Positions 30,465-40,700 of a DNA stretch of 64,000 bases are shown one piece after another (the stretch's first letter is position 1; each line of letters starts with the position of its first letter). Made by a program: the position numbers and the translations under genes. The notes under the pieces were generated by a model, which was not told the origin of the DNA, did no database searches, and saw only the letters and a list, made by a program, of their open reading frames with translations. The DNA comes from Candidatus Poribacteria bacterium (lineage in GTDB: Bacteria > Poribacteria > WGA-4E > UBA9662), in the NCBI GenBank assembly GCA_036339735.1, contig JAYZAL010000066.1, forward strand, positions 32,001-96,000, read 5' to 3'.

Positions 30465-30685
30465 TACTCTCCTCCCCGCTGAACGTAACTTTCTATAAAT
30501 TCCTCATATTCTTCTTCTAAGATTTCATCAATTTCGTCCAGAAGCCGATCTAAATCATCTTTGATTTCTTCACCTTTTTCCGTAACCTCTTTATTTGGTT
30601 GAACAGACTCAGTGTCTTGAGTTCCTTCTTGCTCTGCACTTTGCGTGTTTTTTTCTTCTTGTTCTTTATTCTTATCAGGCGACAC
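30464..30685 (-). CDS. pup: Prokaryotic ubiquitin-like protein Pup (73 aa, C-terminal GGE)
   Basis: GTG start behind an AGGAGG RBS. Acidic, disordered N-terminus, then DLDRLLDEIDEILEEEYEEFIESYVQRGGE. Confidence 0.95.
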   Translation of the reverse strand: MSPDKNKEQEEKNTQSAEQEGTQDTESVQPNKEVTEKGEEIKDDLDRLLDEIDEILEEEYEEFIESYVQRGGE

Positions 30686-30704
30686 CTTGATACCTCCTAT
30701 TTGG

Positions 30705-32246
30705 TTAAGATGAATCACTAACGGGCTCAACAGGATCATCAGAAGAAGAAAGTTTCTCGACCAATTGGCTGACACTATTACAATTGAGCAAATCACCAAC
30801 TAAGGCTTTATTACCAAAATGCGGTCGATCCATAAAGATTTTATTCAACGACGAACCTTCAGTAGAAAAGACAATCGAATTCCAACTTACGCTGTGTATA
30901 TCCGCACTAAACTTTCTTAAGCATGTGCCACGAAAATAAGCTCGAGTATCAGTTGGTGGACAGGTCATCGCGTGAATGATTTCTTCTTGGTCAACAACTG
31001 AAATCACTTGATTGTTTTTGACCAAATGATGGTATAAACCTCTATCGGAACGTAAGTCGTGATACTGTAAGTCGAGCATCTTAATACGCGAGTCTTTCCA
31101 ATTTAGATTGTGTCTTTCTATATATGCCGACATCAGTCGGAGCTTGATCACCCAATCTAAATGCTTGTCTAACTGCATAGGATTACTTTCTAATTGATTT
31201 AAGACAAAATCCCATTTAGATAAAATATCTAGGTCTGTAGAGCTTAGTTCGTCTGTGGAAAAGCTTCGCCGGACTAAATTTAGATAGTCCCGTTGTAACT
31301 CAATTGGCGATTTTTCTTCGCCTGATTCTAGTCTCAGTTTTTTCTGACAGGTTAAGTCTCTAGAAACCTTTCTAATGTCACTAACAGGATCCATCAACTT
31401 GAACTGACACTTCAACGCACCAATCTGAATCAGTCTCAAAACCAGCGAGGTAATCCCAATTTTTAGGTATATTGAAAATTCCGACATGTTGGAATCGCCA
31501 ACAATCACATGAAGGCGACGGTAGATTTCATTATTGGCGTGTGGTTCATCTCTTGTATTGATAATTGGTCGAGAAACCATCGTACTTAGCCCAACTTCGG
31601 TCTCAAAGAAATCGGCTCGTTGGGAAATCTGAAAATCAACTGGTTCAGCGCCATTTTCAAAACCGATCTTTCCACTTCCTGCAATAATTTGCCGTGTGAC
31701 AAAGAAAGGTGTTAGTGCATCCGTAAAATCCTGAAACTCAATTTCTCTTGGTACAAGATAATTTTCGTGGCTACCATAACTATGTCCTTTGTAGTCGGTA
31801 TTATTTTTATAAATGAGGATTTCTTGTTCTGCTGGTAGGGTAGCTTCAGCCTTTTTACGTGACGAATCAACAATTAGATCCCCTGCTTTTTCATATATGA
31901 CTACATCTCTTGCCGTAGTACATTCTGGTGTGCAGTATTCTGGGTGGGCATGATCAACATAATATCTACCACCGTTGATAAGAATATCGTTAATAACAGT
32001 GTTATCTTCGTCTTTTGGTACGCCATTCCCACCTTCATAAACAAAGCCCCGGGCATCAGTTAGAGGTGACTCTTGATCATAATCCCAATAAATGTCATTC
32101 TCAGTTGACTCGTCAGCCGATTCTACATCTTTTTGACTATAAGAACTTACGACCAACATAGAGGCCGCAACAGGATCTTGTTCCTTGACGTTTCTCACGG
32201 AAATCCCATATTCAGTTTCTGTGCCAATTATTGAAGGGAAACTCAT
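30705..32246 (-). CDS. dop: Pup deamidase/depupylase
   Basis: IGTETEYGI, Dop loop WDYDQESPLTDARG, NGGRYYVDHAHPEY, YKNNTD.KG.SYGSHENY. Start taken at the ATG 1 nt after the arc stop. Confidence 0.93.
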   Translation of the reverse strand: MSFPSIIGTETEYGISVRNVKEQDPVAASMLVVSSYSQKDVESADESTENDIYWDYDQESPLTDARGFVYEGGNGVPKDEDNTVINDILINGGRYYVDHAHPEYCTPECTTARDVVIYEKAGDLIVDSSRKKAEATLPAEQEILIYKNNTDYKGHSYGSHENYLVPREIEFQDFTDALTPFFVTRQIIAGSGKIGFENGAEPVDFQISQRADFFETEVGLSTMVSRPIINTRDEPHANNEIYRRLHVIVGDSNMSEFSIYLKIGITSLVLRLIQIGALKCQFKLMDPVSDIRKVSRDLTCQKKLRLESGEEKSPIELQRDYLNLVRRSFSTDELSSTDLDILSKWDFVLNQLESNPMQLDKHLDWVIKLRLMSAYIERHNLNWKDSRIKMLDLQYHDLRSDRGLYHHLVKNNQVISVVDQEEIIHAMTCPPTDTRAYFRGTCLRKFSADIHSVSWNSIVFSTEGSSLNKIFMDRPHFGNKALVGDLLNCNSVSQLVEKLSSSDDPVEPVSDSS

Positions 32247-32247
32247 T

Positions 32248-34044
32248 TTACAAGTAAGCTCCACCTTTAACTGTCTTAATTTCTTTTTTCCTTTTTTCTG
32301 GCTCATCAGTCATGGCACGAATATTTACAATACGTTCTCCTTTACGTCCGGAAATTTTAGCCCAATCGTCAGGATTAGTGGTATTTGGCAAGTCCTCATT
32401 TTCCTTATATTCTTCCCGAATTGCTTGAACCAGATCATCGAGTTGAAGTCCTTTTTTACCCGATTCTTTTGATGAATCCTTTATTAATCTCTTAACTGCA
32501 GACTTTTTGGCACGGTCCACAATGTTACGAATCATAGCCCCACTAACAAAATCTTTGAAATATAACATCTCTCGTTCACCACGAGCATAAGTAACTTCAA
32601 TGAACTTGTTATCATCAGTCGTGGTATACATCTCGTTTATGGCAGCGAGGATTACACTGTTTAACGCTTTTTTTTCATCACCATCATATTCAGCGAGTAA
32701 CTCAGAATCAATTGGTATCCCGGCACACAAGTATTTGGAAAAAATATCTACAGCGTCGTCTTCAGTTGGCCGATCCACCTTGATTTTGACATCTAAGCGT
32801 CCAGGTCTTAGCACCGCTGGGTCGAGGAGATCTTGTCGATTGCTAGCACCAATTACTATGACGTCCCGCAACCCTTCAATCCCGTCAATTTCAGCCAAAA
32901 AGGTAGGGACAACGGTTGATTCCATGTCTGATGAAATACCCATACCGCGGGACCTGAACAACGAATCCATTTCATCAAAAAATATAACAACAGGAACACC
33001 TTCTTTCGATTTGTTTCGAGCTTTCTGGAATACCTCTCGGATTTTACGTTCAGTTTCCCCAACATATTTGTTGAGCAACTCTGGGCCTTTGACATTGATA
33101 AAGTACCCCCGTACGTCCTCACGGCCTGTTTTCTCTCGAATACGCTTGGCCAAGTTGTTCGCGATTGCACTTGCCATCATAGTTTTACCACACCCTGGTG
33201 GCCCATAAAGTAGGATGCCCTTGGGTGGTGAAAGTTCAAACTCCTTATACTCATCAGGGTAAAGATAAGGAGTCTCAATCGCATCTCGAATGTGTTCTAT
33301 CTGTTGGCTTTGACCGCCAATGTCATTGAAACTGATGTCAGGGACCTCTTGCAGCATTAAATCTTGTGCTTCGTACATCGGTAATTTTTCCATGAGTATG
33401 CCACTCACCCGATTCAATAAAACGGAATCCCCAAACCTGAGATCATCCGTATTTACCAGCGCGGAAACTTCGACTACACGCTCTTCATCTGCCCTCAGTC
33501 CAATCAATACTCGCTGCCTGTCAATGACTTTTTTCACTTTGACTACATCACCTCTAGAATCGAAGTGGCAAGTACCCACAACATTAAACGCGCCATTAAG
33601 AATTACTTCTTGGCCACGGCGTAATTGACTAACCTGAATTTCGGGATCCACGTTGACACGTTGTTTCTTTCCTAACATGTCGATATCAACAGTACCATCC
33701 TTGTTCTCAGAAAGAAAAACCCCATAGTGATTTGGTGGAGCACTCAGCTGTTCGACCTTTCCCTTCAGGTTTTGCAGATGTTCTTTGGTTTCTTGAAGAG
33801 CATTTGATAACTTCCGGTTCCGCCGGTGAGCCGACATTAATTCACGAGTCATCTCATACAAACGCAATTCAGTCTCATCCGTTGGCGGAGAATTTATTTG
33901 CTCACGCAGACTATTAATTTCATTCTGAAGGGACTCAATCTGGTATTCTTGTTGTCGAACAATATCTTCATCCGTATAGACTTCGTCAACAATAGGAGTT
34001 GGCATCGTTTCTGTTTTGTTTGACTTGTTGTCAGGTCTAGGCAT
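32248..34044 (-). CDS. arc: Proteasome-associated AAA ATPase ARC/Mpa
   Basis: N-terminal coiled coil, LSAPP, OB region, GPPGCGKT, VIFFDEMD, DLPNTTNPDDWAKISGRKGERI, C-terminal GAYL (GQYL-like). Confidence 0.96.
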   Translation of the reverse strand: MPRPDNKSNKTETMPTPIVDEVYTDEDIVRQQEYQIESLQNEINSLREQINSPPTDETELRLYEMTRELMSAHRRNRKLSNALQETKEHLQNLKGKVEQLSAPPNHYGVFLSENKDGTVDIDMLGKKQRVNVDPEIQVSQLRRGQEVILNGAFNVVGTCHFDSRGDVVKVKKVIDRQRVLIGLRADEERVVEVSALVNTDDLRFGDSVLLNRVSGILMEKLPMYEAQDLMLQEVPDISFNDIGGQSQQIEHIRDAIETPYLYPDEYKEFELSPPKGILLYGPPGCGKTMMASAIANNLAKRIREKTGREDVRGYFINVKGPELLNKYVGETERKIREVFQKARNKSKEGVPVVIFFDEMDSLFRSRGMGISSDMESTVVPTFLAEIDGIEGLRDVIVIGASNRQDLLDPAVLRPGRLDVKIKVDRPTEDDAVDIFSKYLCAGIPIDSELLAEYDGDEKKALNSVILAAINEMYTTTDDNKFIEVTYARGEREMLYFKDFVSGAMIRNIVDRAKKSAVKRLIKDSSKESGKKGLQLDDLVQAIREEYKENEDLPNTTNPDDWAKISGRKGERIVNIRAMTDEPEKRKKEIKTVKGGAYL

Positions 34045-34164
34045 GTTTATATCTCCGGTTCAATCTGTTGATGACTGCCTAACATTAGTGGGTGATTCGA
34101 GATCAATACACCTACTTTCTGTATTCTGAGATAGAACTAAATCTAAATAACGAGGCGAGGCTTG

Positions 34165-34285
34165 CTCCTGACTGCGTAACCGTCACTTTCTCTAAGTAAA
34201 ACTGTGGAGGGACGCTATCTAGTATTAGAGGTTACTCTGAGGGATAGGCTCTATGGAACGTCGTAAAACCCAGTTACAGAAGGAG
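34165..34285 (-). ncRNA. Candidate structured RNA in the 5' leader of the Pup-proteasome operon
   Basis: On the minus transcript: CUCCU/AGGAG and UGUAACUG/CGGUUACG closing stems, inner GACG/CGUC and CUAUC/GAUAG stems, and an AGAG-UAAC-CUCU apical hairpin. G-U pairs favour the minus strand. Confidence 0.4.
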
Positions 34286-34299
34286 TCTTGAGTGCTGCA

Positions 34300-34328
34300 A
34301 TTATAGCATTCGACATAATGAGTGTCAA
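34300..34328 (-). promoter_or_regulatory. Consensus sigma70 promoter for the arc operon
   Basis: Minus strand TTGACA-N17-TATAAT with extended -10 (TGcTATAAT). Confidence 0.82.
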
Positions 34329-34353
34329 GACCAAGTGATACTCATGTCCATGG

Positions 34354-34382
34354 TTGACGCGTTTCTAGACGTGTGATATAAT
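34354..34382 (+). promoter_or_regulatory. sigma70 promoter for the O-methyltransferase gene (back-to-back with the arc promoter)
   Basis: TTGACG-N17-TATAAT with extended -10 (TGaTATAAT). Confidence 0.75.
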
Positions 34383-34413
34383 CCGCCGGCAATAAGGAAG
34401 AAAGAACATAAAA

Positions 34414-35052
34414 GTGCCATCATCAGATCTTAGTTTTTATGATATAAACAATTATCTCAGTTCAGTCACACCTGCTAGAGATCCGATTTTAACCGAAATG
34501 GAGATTTACGGCCAAGAACACAATTTTCCAATTGTTGGGCCAACAGCGGGCTCTTTTCTGCATCAAATGGTACTTTTGACAAATCCCAAACGAATTTTTG
34601 AAATGGGGTCAGGGTTTGGCTATTCCGCTTATTGGATGGCAAAAGCACTAAATGATCCAGAGGCAAAGATTATTTGTACTGAGGGAGCCACGAAAAATGC
34701 GACGCGTGCAACTTCTTACTTTGAAAGGGGTGGCATAGCTGACAAAATCGACTTCAAAATCGGAAACGCACTGGAAATTATCGAAGAAACCACAGGTTTT
34801 TTTGATATCATCTACAATGATATCGATAAACATGAATACCCAATAGCCTTCCAAAAAGCTATACCTCGACTGAGAAAGGGCGGGATGTTTATTACTGACA
34901 ATTTGATTTGGAACGGACGCGTGATGGGCAAAGACAACGAACCTAGTACAGTTGGTGTTCGGGAACTCACTAGGCTTCTTTACGAGTCGGATCAATTCTT
35001 CACGACCATTGTTCCACTACGTGATGGCCTAGCTGTAGCAATCAAATTATAG
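34414..35052 (+). CDS. Class I SAM-dependent O-methyltransferase (CCoAOMT/COMT-like)
   Basis: FPIVGP..GSFL, IFEMGSGFGYS, FDIIYNDIDK, GGMFITDNLIWNG, IVPLRDGL. Confidence 0.9.
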   Translation: MPSSDLSFYDINNYLSSVTPARDPILTEMEIYGQEHNFPIVGPTAGSFLHQMVLLTNPKRIFEMGSGFGYSAYWMAKALNDPEAKIICTEGATKNATRATSYFERGGIADKIDFKIGNALEIIEETTGFFDIIYNDIDKHEYPIAFQKAIPRLRKGGMFITDNLIWNGRVMGKDNEPSTVGVRELTRLLYESDQFFTTIVPLRDGLAVAIKL

Positions 35053-35270
35053 GTGCTCCACAGATGAATAGCCAGCCGGAAGGATTCACACACTTGCAAA
35101 ATTACCCACTTTGAGTTGCCAATTGACCGTTCAGGTTAAGCCAAACTCCAGCAACGAAGATGTCGTAGTTATTTTTACTGGTCTTGTGTATCAGAAATTT
35201 TTTCTGAAAGTTTGGTCCCCAGCGCCTACTGGCTGATTAAAGTTAGTATGACGTTTTTTCATCCGATTAG

Positions 35271-37715
35271 ATGATAAGTTCACAATACCCATTTTTAAAC
35301 CGAATTCAAAGAGAATACAAGGCTGCCGCTGCCCACGTGTTCTTACTCCATCACAACGTTCACGATTTACTCTGGGATCGTCGCTACGGGCTTCTGCCGA
35401 CTCAGTATTTCTTGATGGAGCAACTAAATATCATCGGCTGTGACATCGTTCTTGGTTACATTCCCTCGCAAGGTATTATCTGGCCTCATATTGATCATTG
35501 GCGACAAATACAACACGCCTTGGGTTTAGAGGTAGAAAAGATAGAGTGGGACGATGGACCTCCAGATCCGTCAAAGCCAATTGGTCAATTTCGCCAGGAT
35601 GGTACTTTTATCGCAGAGCAACTGGGTCTAGTACGGGTTCAGGCTAAGATAGACTCGACCTATGGAAAGATATATTCAAACCCGAGAACCGTGTATGTGG
35701 GAGATACCAAGCGAGATATTCATCGAATAGAAATTCAACCTAGTAGTCAGCGACATATTTCAGCTGGCAAGCATATTCGTTTTCAAGCTATAGCTTTTGA
35801 TCAAATGGGAGAGAGAATTGGTATTCAGAACGCCAACTGGCAGGTAGAAGGAAATATTGGTCAAATTTCTAGAGACGGTGTTTTTGTAGCACAAAAAGGC
35901 GGTGAAGGATTCATTAAACTTCAAATAGGGAACCTTAACGCTAAAACCAACCGAATGGTTGTTCATCCTAGCGCAGCAGTCGAAATACATTTAGACCCAC
36001 CAAAAGACCCATTAGAAATTCGAAAGCCTCACCGTTTCTCTGTATCAGGCCGAGATGTAGGTGGTAATACTTTTAAGCTGCAAAAGGATATCGAGTTTGA
36101 AATTGTACCAACCCCTGAAGACAACACTCCCTATCACCCCATTAATCAACACGGATTTCATCGCGATAAAATCCATGAAGACCCCTTGATTAGCGATCGG
36201 TTACCTCCAGGAAAAGAGCTAAGCCAAAAACTGAGAGAACTCTTTGAGCAAAATCATTTTAAGGTTGGTTTAGTAGTTTACCAACTGGAAAAAATTGCCC
36301 CAAACTCTGACTTGCTAGCATTTGATGAAGAGTACCGATTTTTCGTGGATTCAATCCATCAATGGTCAGCAGATCTTGAAATGCGGTTCCGTAAACATAT
36401 TATTCTCATGGCAACTCAGAATTTAGCTGAGGTTCATCCTATGCTTTCTAACAATATCGAGATTCCTGTAGTTGAATTGCCATTTCCCGATCTCGAAGAA
36501 CGAAAGGAGTTAACTAAGCACATAGAAAGCCTATCACGTCTAAGAGCAGAAAACCAACGCTATCAGGGCGAGTTAATCCACCAAGTTCGTTTGGCAGATG
36601 ATTACTCACATGATCAGTTTGCTCGAGATACAACTGGCTTAAAATTGTTTGGTCTACACGACCTGGCTTTGAGAGCTGAGGAAGAGGGAATTCCGATTTC
36701 ACCCGAATTCGTAGCAGAACATCGCCGACAGAGTGTGTCGGTACATACGTCTGACATTTTGGAAGTTATGCCTACTCCTTATGATTTGTCTATCGTTGGT
36801 GGGCATTCCCACGTGGGGCGAATTCTTGAAAATATCATAACTGCTATACACCAGAAAGACCTAAAAAGAATACCTCACGGGGTTTTATTACTTGGTCCAT
36901 CTGGGACAGGCAAAACCATGATTGCCCAAATGTTGGCACGATACAGCGAATTGCCGTTTCTGCGACTCAAAAATCCACGAGAATGGGTGAGAACTGGGGC
37001 TACTGGGGATGCTAAAATTTATGAGAAAAAACTTACAGTGGCCTTAAACTTCATTTCAGGAATGCTGCCAGCAATTGTTTTTATTGATGATATTGACCAA
37101 ATTAGTGGACTCAGTGAAAGAGCTGGTAAACACAAAGACAACGATAGTATGTTGCCAGCAGAGTTAGTGAATTTGATTGCTGACCCTACAAAACATGGCC
37201 AGATTTTGTGGGTTGGCGCTAGTAATCGGCCGGATCTTTTGGACCCACTTTTTCGACGGCAAGGACTCTTTGAAGAAAGAATTATCCTCCTGCGACCAAC
37301 TGACGGAGAAAGAGCAGATATCTTACGTAAATTGTATCACAAGCACCAAATTAAACATCAAAATATAGATTTTGACGAAATGGATGAATACACAAGAAAA
37401 ATGACGGGTGCTGACATTGAACAAGTTGTCCGGCGAAGCTACACTTTTGCTAAAGCAGATGGGCTAGAAATTGTGAACAACGAATATCTACGAAAAGCAA
37501 TCTCAGACTTTGTACCACTTTATTCTGATCAAATTAACGAAGCTATTGGGTTGTTGGCAATGCGCGAGGCAACCTCACGTTCTATGCTTCCACAACGATT
37601 ACCCTACGAATTGAGAAAATTTGTAGCTGAAGAAGGGAATTATGCTGAATGGGGTATCGATAAATCTCAAATTAACCAACGCCTCAGAGAATTAGGGGAC
37701 GTCTTCAGTTTATAA
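35271..37715 (+). CDS. AAA+ ATPase with degenerate first module and inserted Ig-like repeats
   Basis: GVLLLGPSGTGKT, IVFIDDID, VGASNRPDLLDP, MTGADIE. Beta-rich insert at about 35580-36110. Confidence 0.82.
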   Translation: MISSQYPFLNRIQREYKAAAAHVFLLHHNVHDLLWDRRYGLLPTQYFLMEQLNIIGCDIVLGYIPSQGIIWPHIDHWRQIQHALGLEVEKIEWDDGPPDPSKPIGQFRQDGTFIAEQLGLVRVQAKIDSTYGKIYSNPRTVYVGDTKRDIHRIEIQPSSQRHISAGKHIRFQAIAFDQMGERIGIQNANWQVEGNIGQISRDGVFVAQKGGEGFIKLQIGNLNAKTNRMVVHPSAAVEIHLDPPKDPLEIRKPHRFSVSGRDVGGNTFKLQKDIEFEIVPTPEDNTPYHPINQHGFHRDKIHEDPLISDRLPPGKELSQKLRELFEQNHFKVGLVVYQLEKIAPNSDLLAFDEEYRFFVDSIHQWSADLEMRFRKHIILMATQNLAEVHPMLSNNIEIPVVELPFPDLEERKELTKHIESLSRLRAENQRYQGELIHQVRLADDYSHDQFARDTTGLKLFGLHDLALRAEEEGIPISPEFVAEHRRQSVSVHTSDILEVMPTPYDLSIVGGHSHVGRILENIITAIHQKDLKRIPHGVLLLGPSGTGKTMIAQMLARYSELPFLRLKNPREWVRTGATGDAKIYEKKLTVALNFISGMLPAIVFIDDIDQISGLSERAGKHKDNDSMLPAELVNLIADPTKHGQILWVGASNRPDLLDPLFRRQGLFEERIILLRPTDGERADILRKLYHKHQIKHQNIDFDEMDEYTRKMTGADIEQVVRRSYTFAKADGLEIVNNEYLRKAISDFVPLYSDQINEAIGLLAMREATSRSMLPQRLPYELRKFVAEEGNYAEWGIDKSQINQRLRELGDVFSL

Positions 37716-37741
37716 GTTGGAAAAAACGGAAAAGGTTGTGA

Positions 37742-40700
37742 ATGAACCTAAAACATGCATTGCTAACCGGTATTGCTCTCCTATTAGGATTTTTATTTTA
37801 CCCTCGTTCAACGACCAACTACTCAATTGACCAATCCCTAATCTCACCTGCACGCACATTGGATAGTGAACCATTGCGCCTGACGGAACTGGTACGTAGC
37901 AACCCACCGTATTCAACTTTTGATCTAGGTTACATTTACAAAATTGATACGGCTCAGGTTGTATTTGGTAGCCCTGAGGATAGTGGCCCACGACAATTCG
38001 ATATACTGGTTAAAAATCAGTTAAATGATCGTTACAAGAGGATCTATTCCTTCATTGGAAATTCGCATGAGTATGGTTACCCGCTTCAATCTTTTCAAAC
38101 CCAGACAGAAGCTCGTTGGGTCCAAGTTGTCATCAATGACTGGTTCACCAATAAGCCACAATTACAAAAAGATAGATTTAGAGTTGGTACACGGTATAAG
38201 CGACATGGGCCGATCAAAGCTATAACAGCCACTCATAACACTGAATTCCTATTTCATCTAACCGATCTTTTGCCCAATACAAAATGGGCTGCAGCTGATG
38301 TGATCATTAATAACAAGGAAATAGAAAATGCATCAGTGGCCCCTGAATTTCGTACACCAACCTTAAATGGCCAATTTGCAACAGTCGCGGTAAAAATTGA
38401 CCTTGGCCGACGTCAGAACATCTATGGTACTCGTATTACTACAGCTGGGTCAGGTAATAACCTGAAGCGATATAGTTTGGAGATTGGTGGAAGATCAGCG
38501 ATCACTCGAGGAGATACTGAGATCAATGATTTTATCCCTTACTACACATCCGAAATACTTCCAAATGAAGTAGTAAAAGATACTTATCTTCCGGAGACGA
38601 GCCAGCGCGGGCGTTTTATAAAGCTGAAAATAGACGTCAACGATTGGTATGGTGAATATGCTGAAGTTAGCAATTTTGAGGTGTTTACTGACGAATATCG
38701 AATACTTTCTAGCCAATTATCTTCCGACCCTCAATACCGGAACTTCGAAGATTACACCACAAAGCGAGTAGAATATGAGAATTTGGGAGCTAATAATAAC
38801 CAGTACGCACCGCATCTCAAGCAAGGGTTTGCATATGATAAAGAAACTGGTGATTTTCAAAACCGTTATTTATTACCAAAAACAGTTTCAGAACCCGACG
38901 CTCCAAATTCTATAGCTTCAGGAGGTTTAGTTGATCAGCGCAGTTTCGCATATCATTACGACACAGTTGAAATCCAATTTGGTGCCATGCGCCCGATGAA
39001 TCCGAGAATGTTATACTGGGTACAAGTATCTTATCTTCAAAATAGTGATGGAAAACGAATCCAAAATTTATTGGCGGACCAATTCCTTCTCCACTCTGCA
39101 CTAGAAATCCCTACTAATGCAGCAAAAACATATACTTTTCAAATTCCGACTCAAGCTTATGCCAGTGGGCCAACTGCGGGTAAAGTTGCTCTTCGTTTCA
39201 ATCGATTAGCTGGTGCAAATGCGGTTGTCTCAACTGTCGCATTACTCGAGTCCTCACCTTTACGTGATGATAATTTGGCTAATAAAAAAGATGGTCAAAA
39301 AACTCACTTACTAACAAATCAAAAGCAGGGGCGATCTGTTCGAACAGATAATACTATCAAAATAGACGGTTTGGTAAATGACTGGCACTTGTTATACTCC
39401 CTAGTACCAATGTTTGCGGGTCAACGAGATAAACCATTACCAACTGAATACCAATCCAGAAAAGAATCACCAGTTCACTTATATACGCAATGGAATGATA
39501 ATAATCTTTATATTTTGCTCAACTTTAATCAGCCAGACGATGAAAAAAATCGGCTTATTAACCAGCATCATCGACTGCACTTATTCATCGATACGCAGCG
39601 CACTGCCTCTCCGGGCATGTACACACCAACGGATCATCATTTTACATTTGATTTATCTAATTTTACTGAGCCTGAACCAGAAGTCTATGTTTCGCAAGTT
39701 CATCATCACTTGGATGCTATTCCAGCTACTATCAATAACTACGAAGATATCTCAGTTGCCGTGCGATTAATTCCTTCCACTAATTCTGACTCAAACATTA
39801 AAGAAGGTTATACAATTGAGATCCAGTTGCCAAAGCAACTAGTTTTAAATCGGTTCAAAACCGGCGTTGGCTATTTATTTGGCCTAAACTATATTCTGAA
39901 TCGAACAGATTTAGAAAAAAAGAGGAACTTATCAAGCTTCGCTTTTACCTCCTCTGATTCAGATAGTCCACCTCAAAACTGGTTTCCCGTTGAAATGGTT
40001 AGCCGCGTCAGTGGTGAGGTAGATATTATGAGTCAAACGGGTCTAGAACCAATTGAAAAACTGGTTGTTGGCGACACGATTTCCTTATGTGTTTGGGATG
40101 CAGATCGAAATAACGACCCCACTTTGGAAGAATCAATTACTGTTCAATTGAAAAATAACCGCAGCGAAGTGTCGTCGACGCTGAGACTACCAGAAGTTGA
40201 TTATGCATCTTTTATCGATGATAACCAAAAACACAATGGAAGTCCTAATAGTTCGTTCTTCGCTGCCAAAATACTCACTGAGTTTGATGAATTCCCCCCC
40301 TCCAATAAAGCTAATATACTCACGACATCACTCCTTAAGGTCCGTGGTGGTGATGAAATTGTACTATCTTATACTGATCCCTATTTTGGTTACAACCAAA
40401 GAGACAAGTTGATTCAGAAAACAGCTCTCGTAGAAAAGGGCCACGATGGACGGGTTTACTTTGGTACATTTAATGGTGAAGTATTGGGGCAAATATCTAT
40501 TGGGTCTGAACTTTTTGTGTTCATTGAAGATGATGATTTACAGGAAAATTTAGTAAAACCGGTGTCGATTGAACTAAATATACTAGCACCAAAATCTTCT
40601 TATCGGTCGCTACAGAAAGAAATAGTAACAGTCTCCTTGGTTGAAACCGAGGGCAAGATACTGTATAGAGGACATATACCTACCATATATCAGCCAGTAG

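Noticed and set aside
30464-30685. UBact assignment
   Set aside because: The C-terminus is GGE with the Pup helix (LLDEIDEIL), not R[ST]G[EQ].
30686-30799. N-terminal extension of Pup (111-aa ORF call)
   Set aside because: It overlaps the dop 3' end, and a strong AGGAGG RBS supports GTG at 30685.
32247-32306. N-terminal extension of Dop
   Set aside because: It overlaps the arc 3' end. The ATG at 32246 places the GxExEYG motif at its usual near-N-terminal position.
32600-33628. 202-aa and 102-aa plus-strand ORFs
   Set aside because: Antisense shadows of arc with no independent motifs.
34414-35052. TrmI tRNA methyltransferase, often found upstream of arc in Actinobacteria
   Set aside because: The motifs fit the CCoAOMT/COMT-like O-methyltransferase family, and the gene is divergent from arc.
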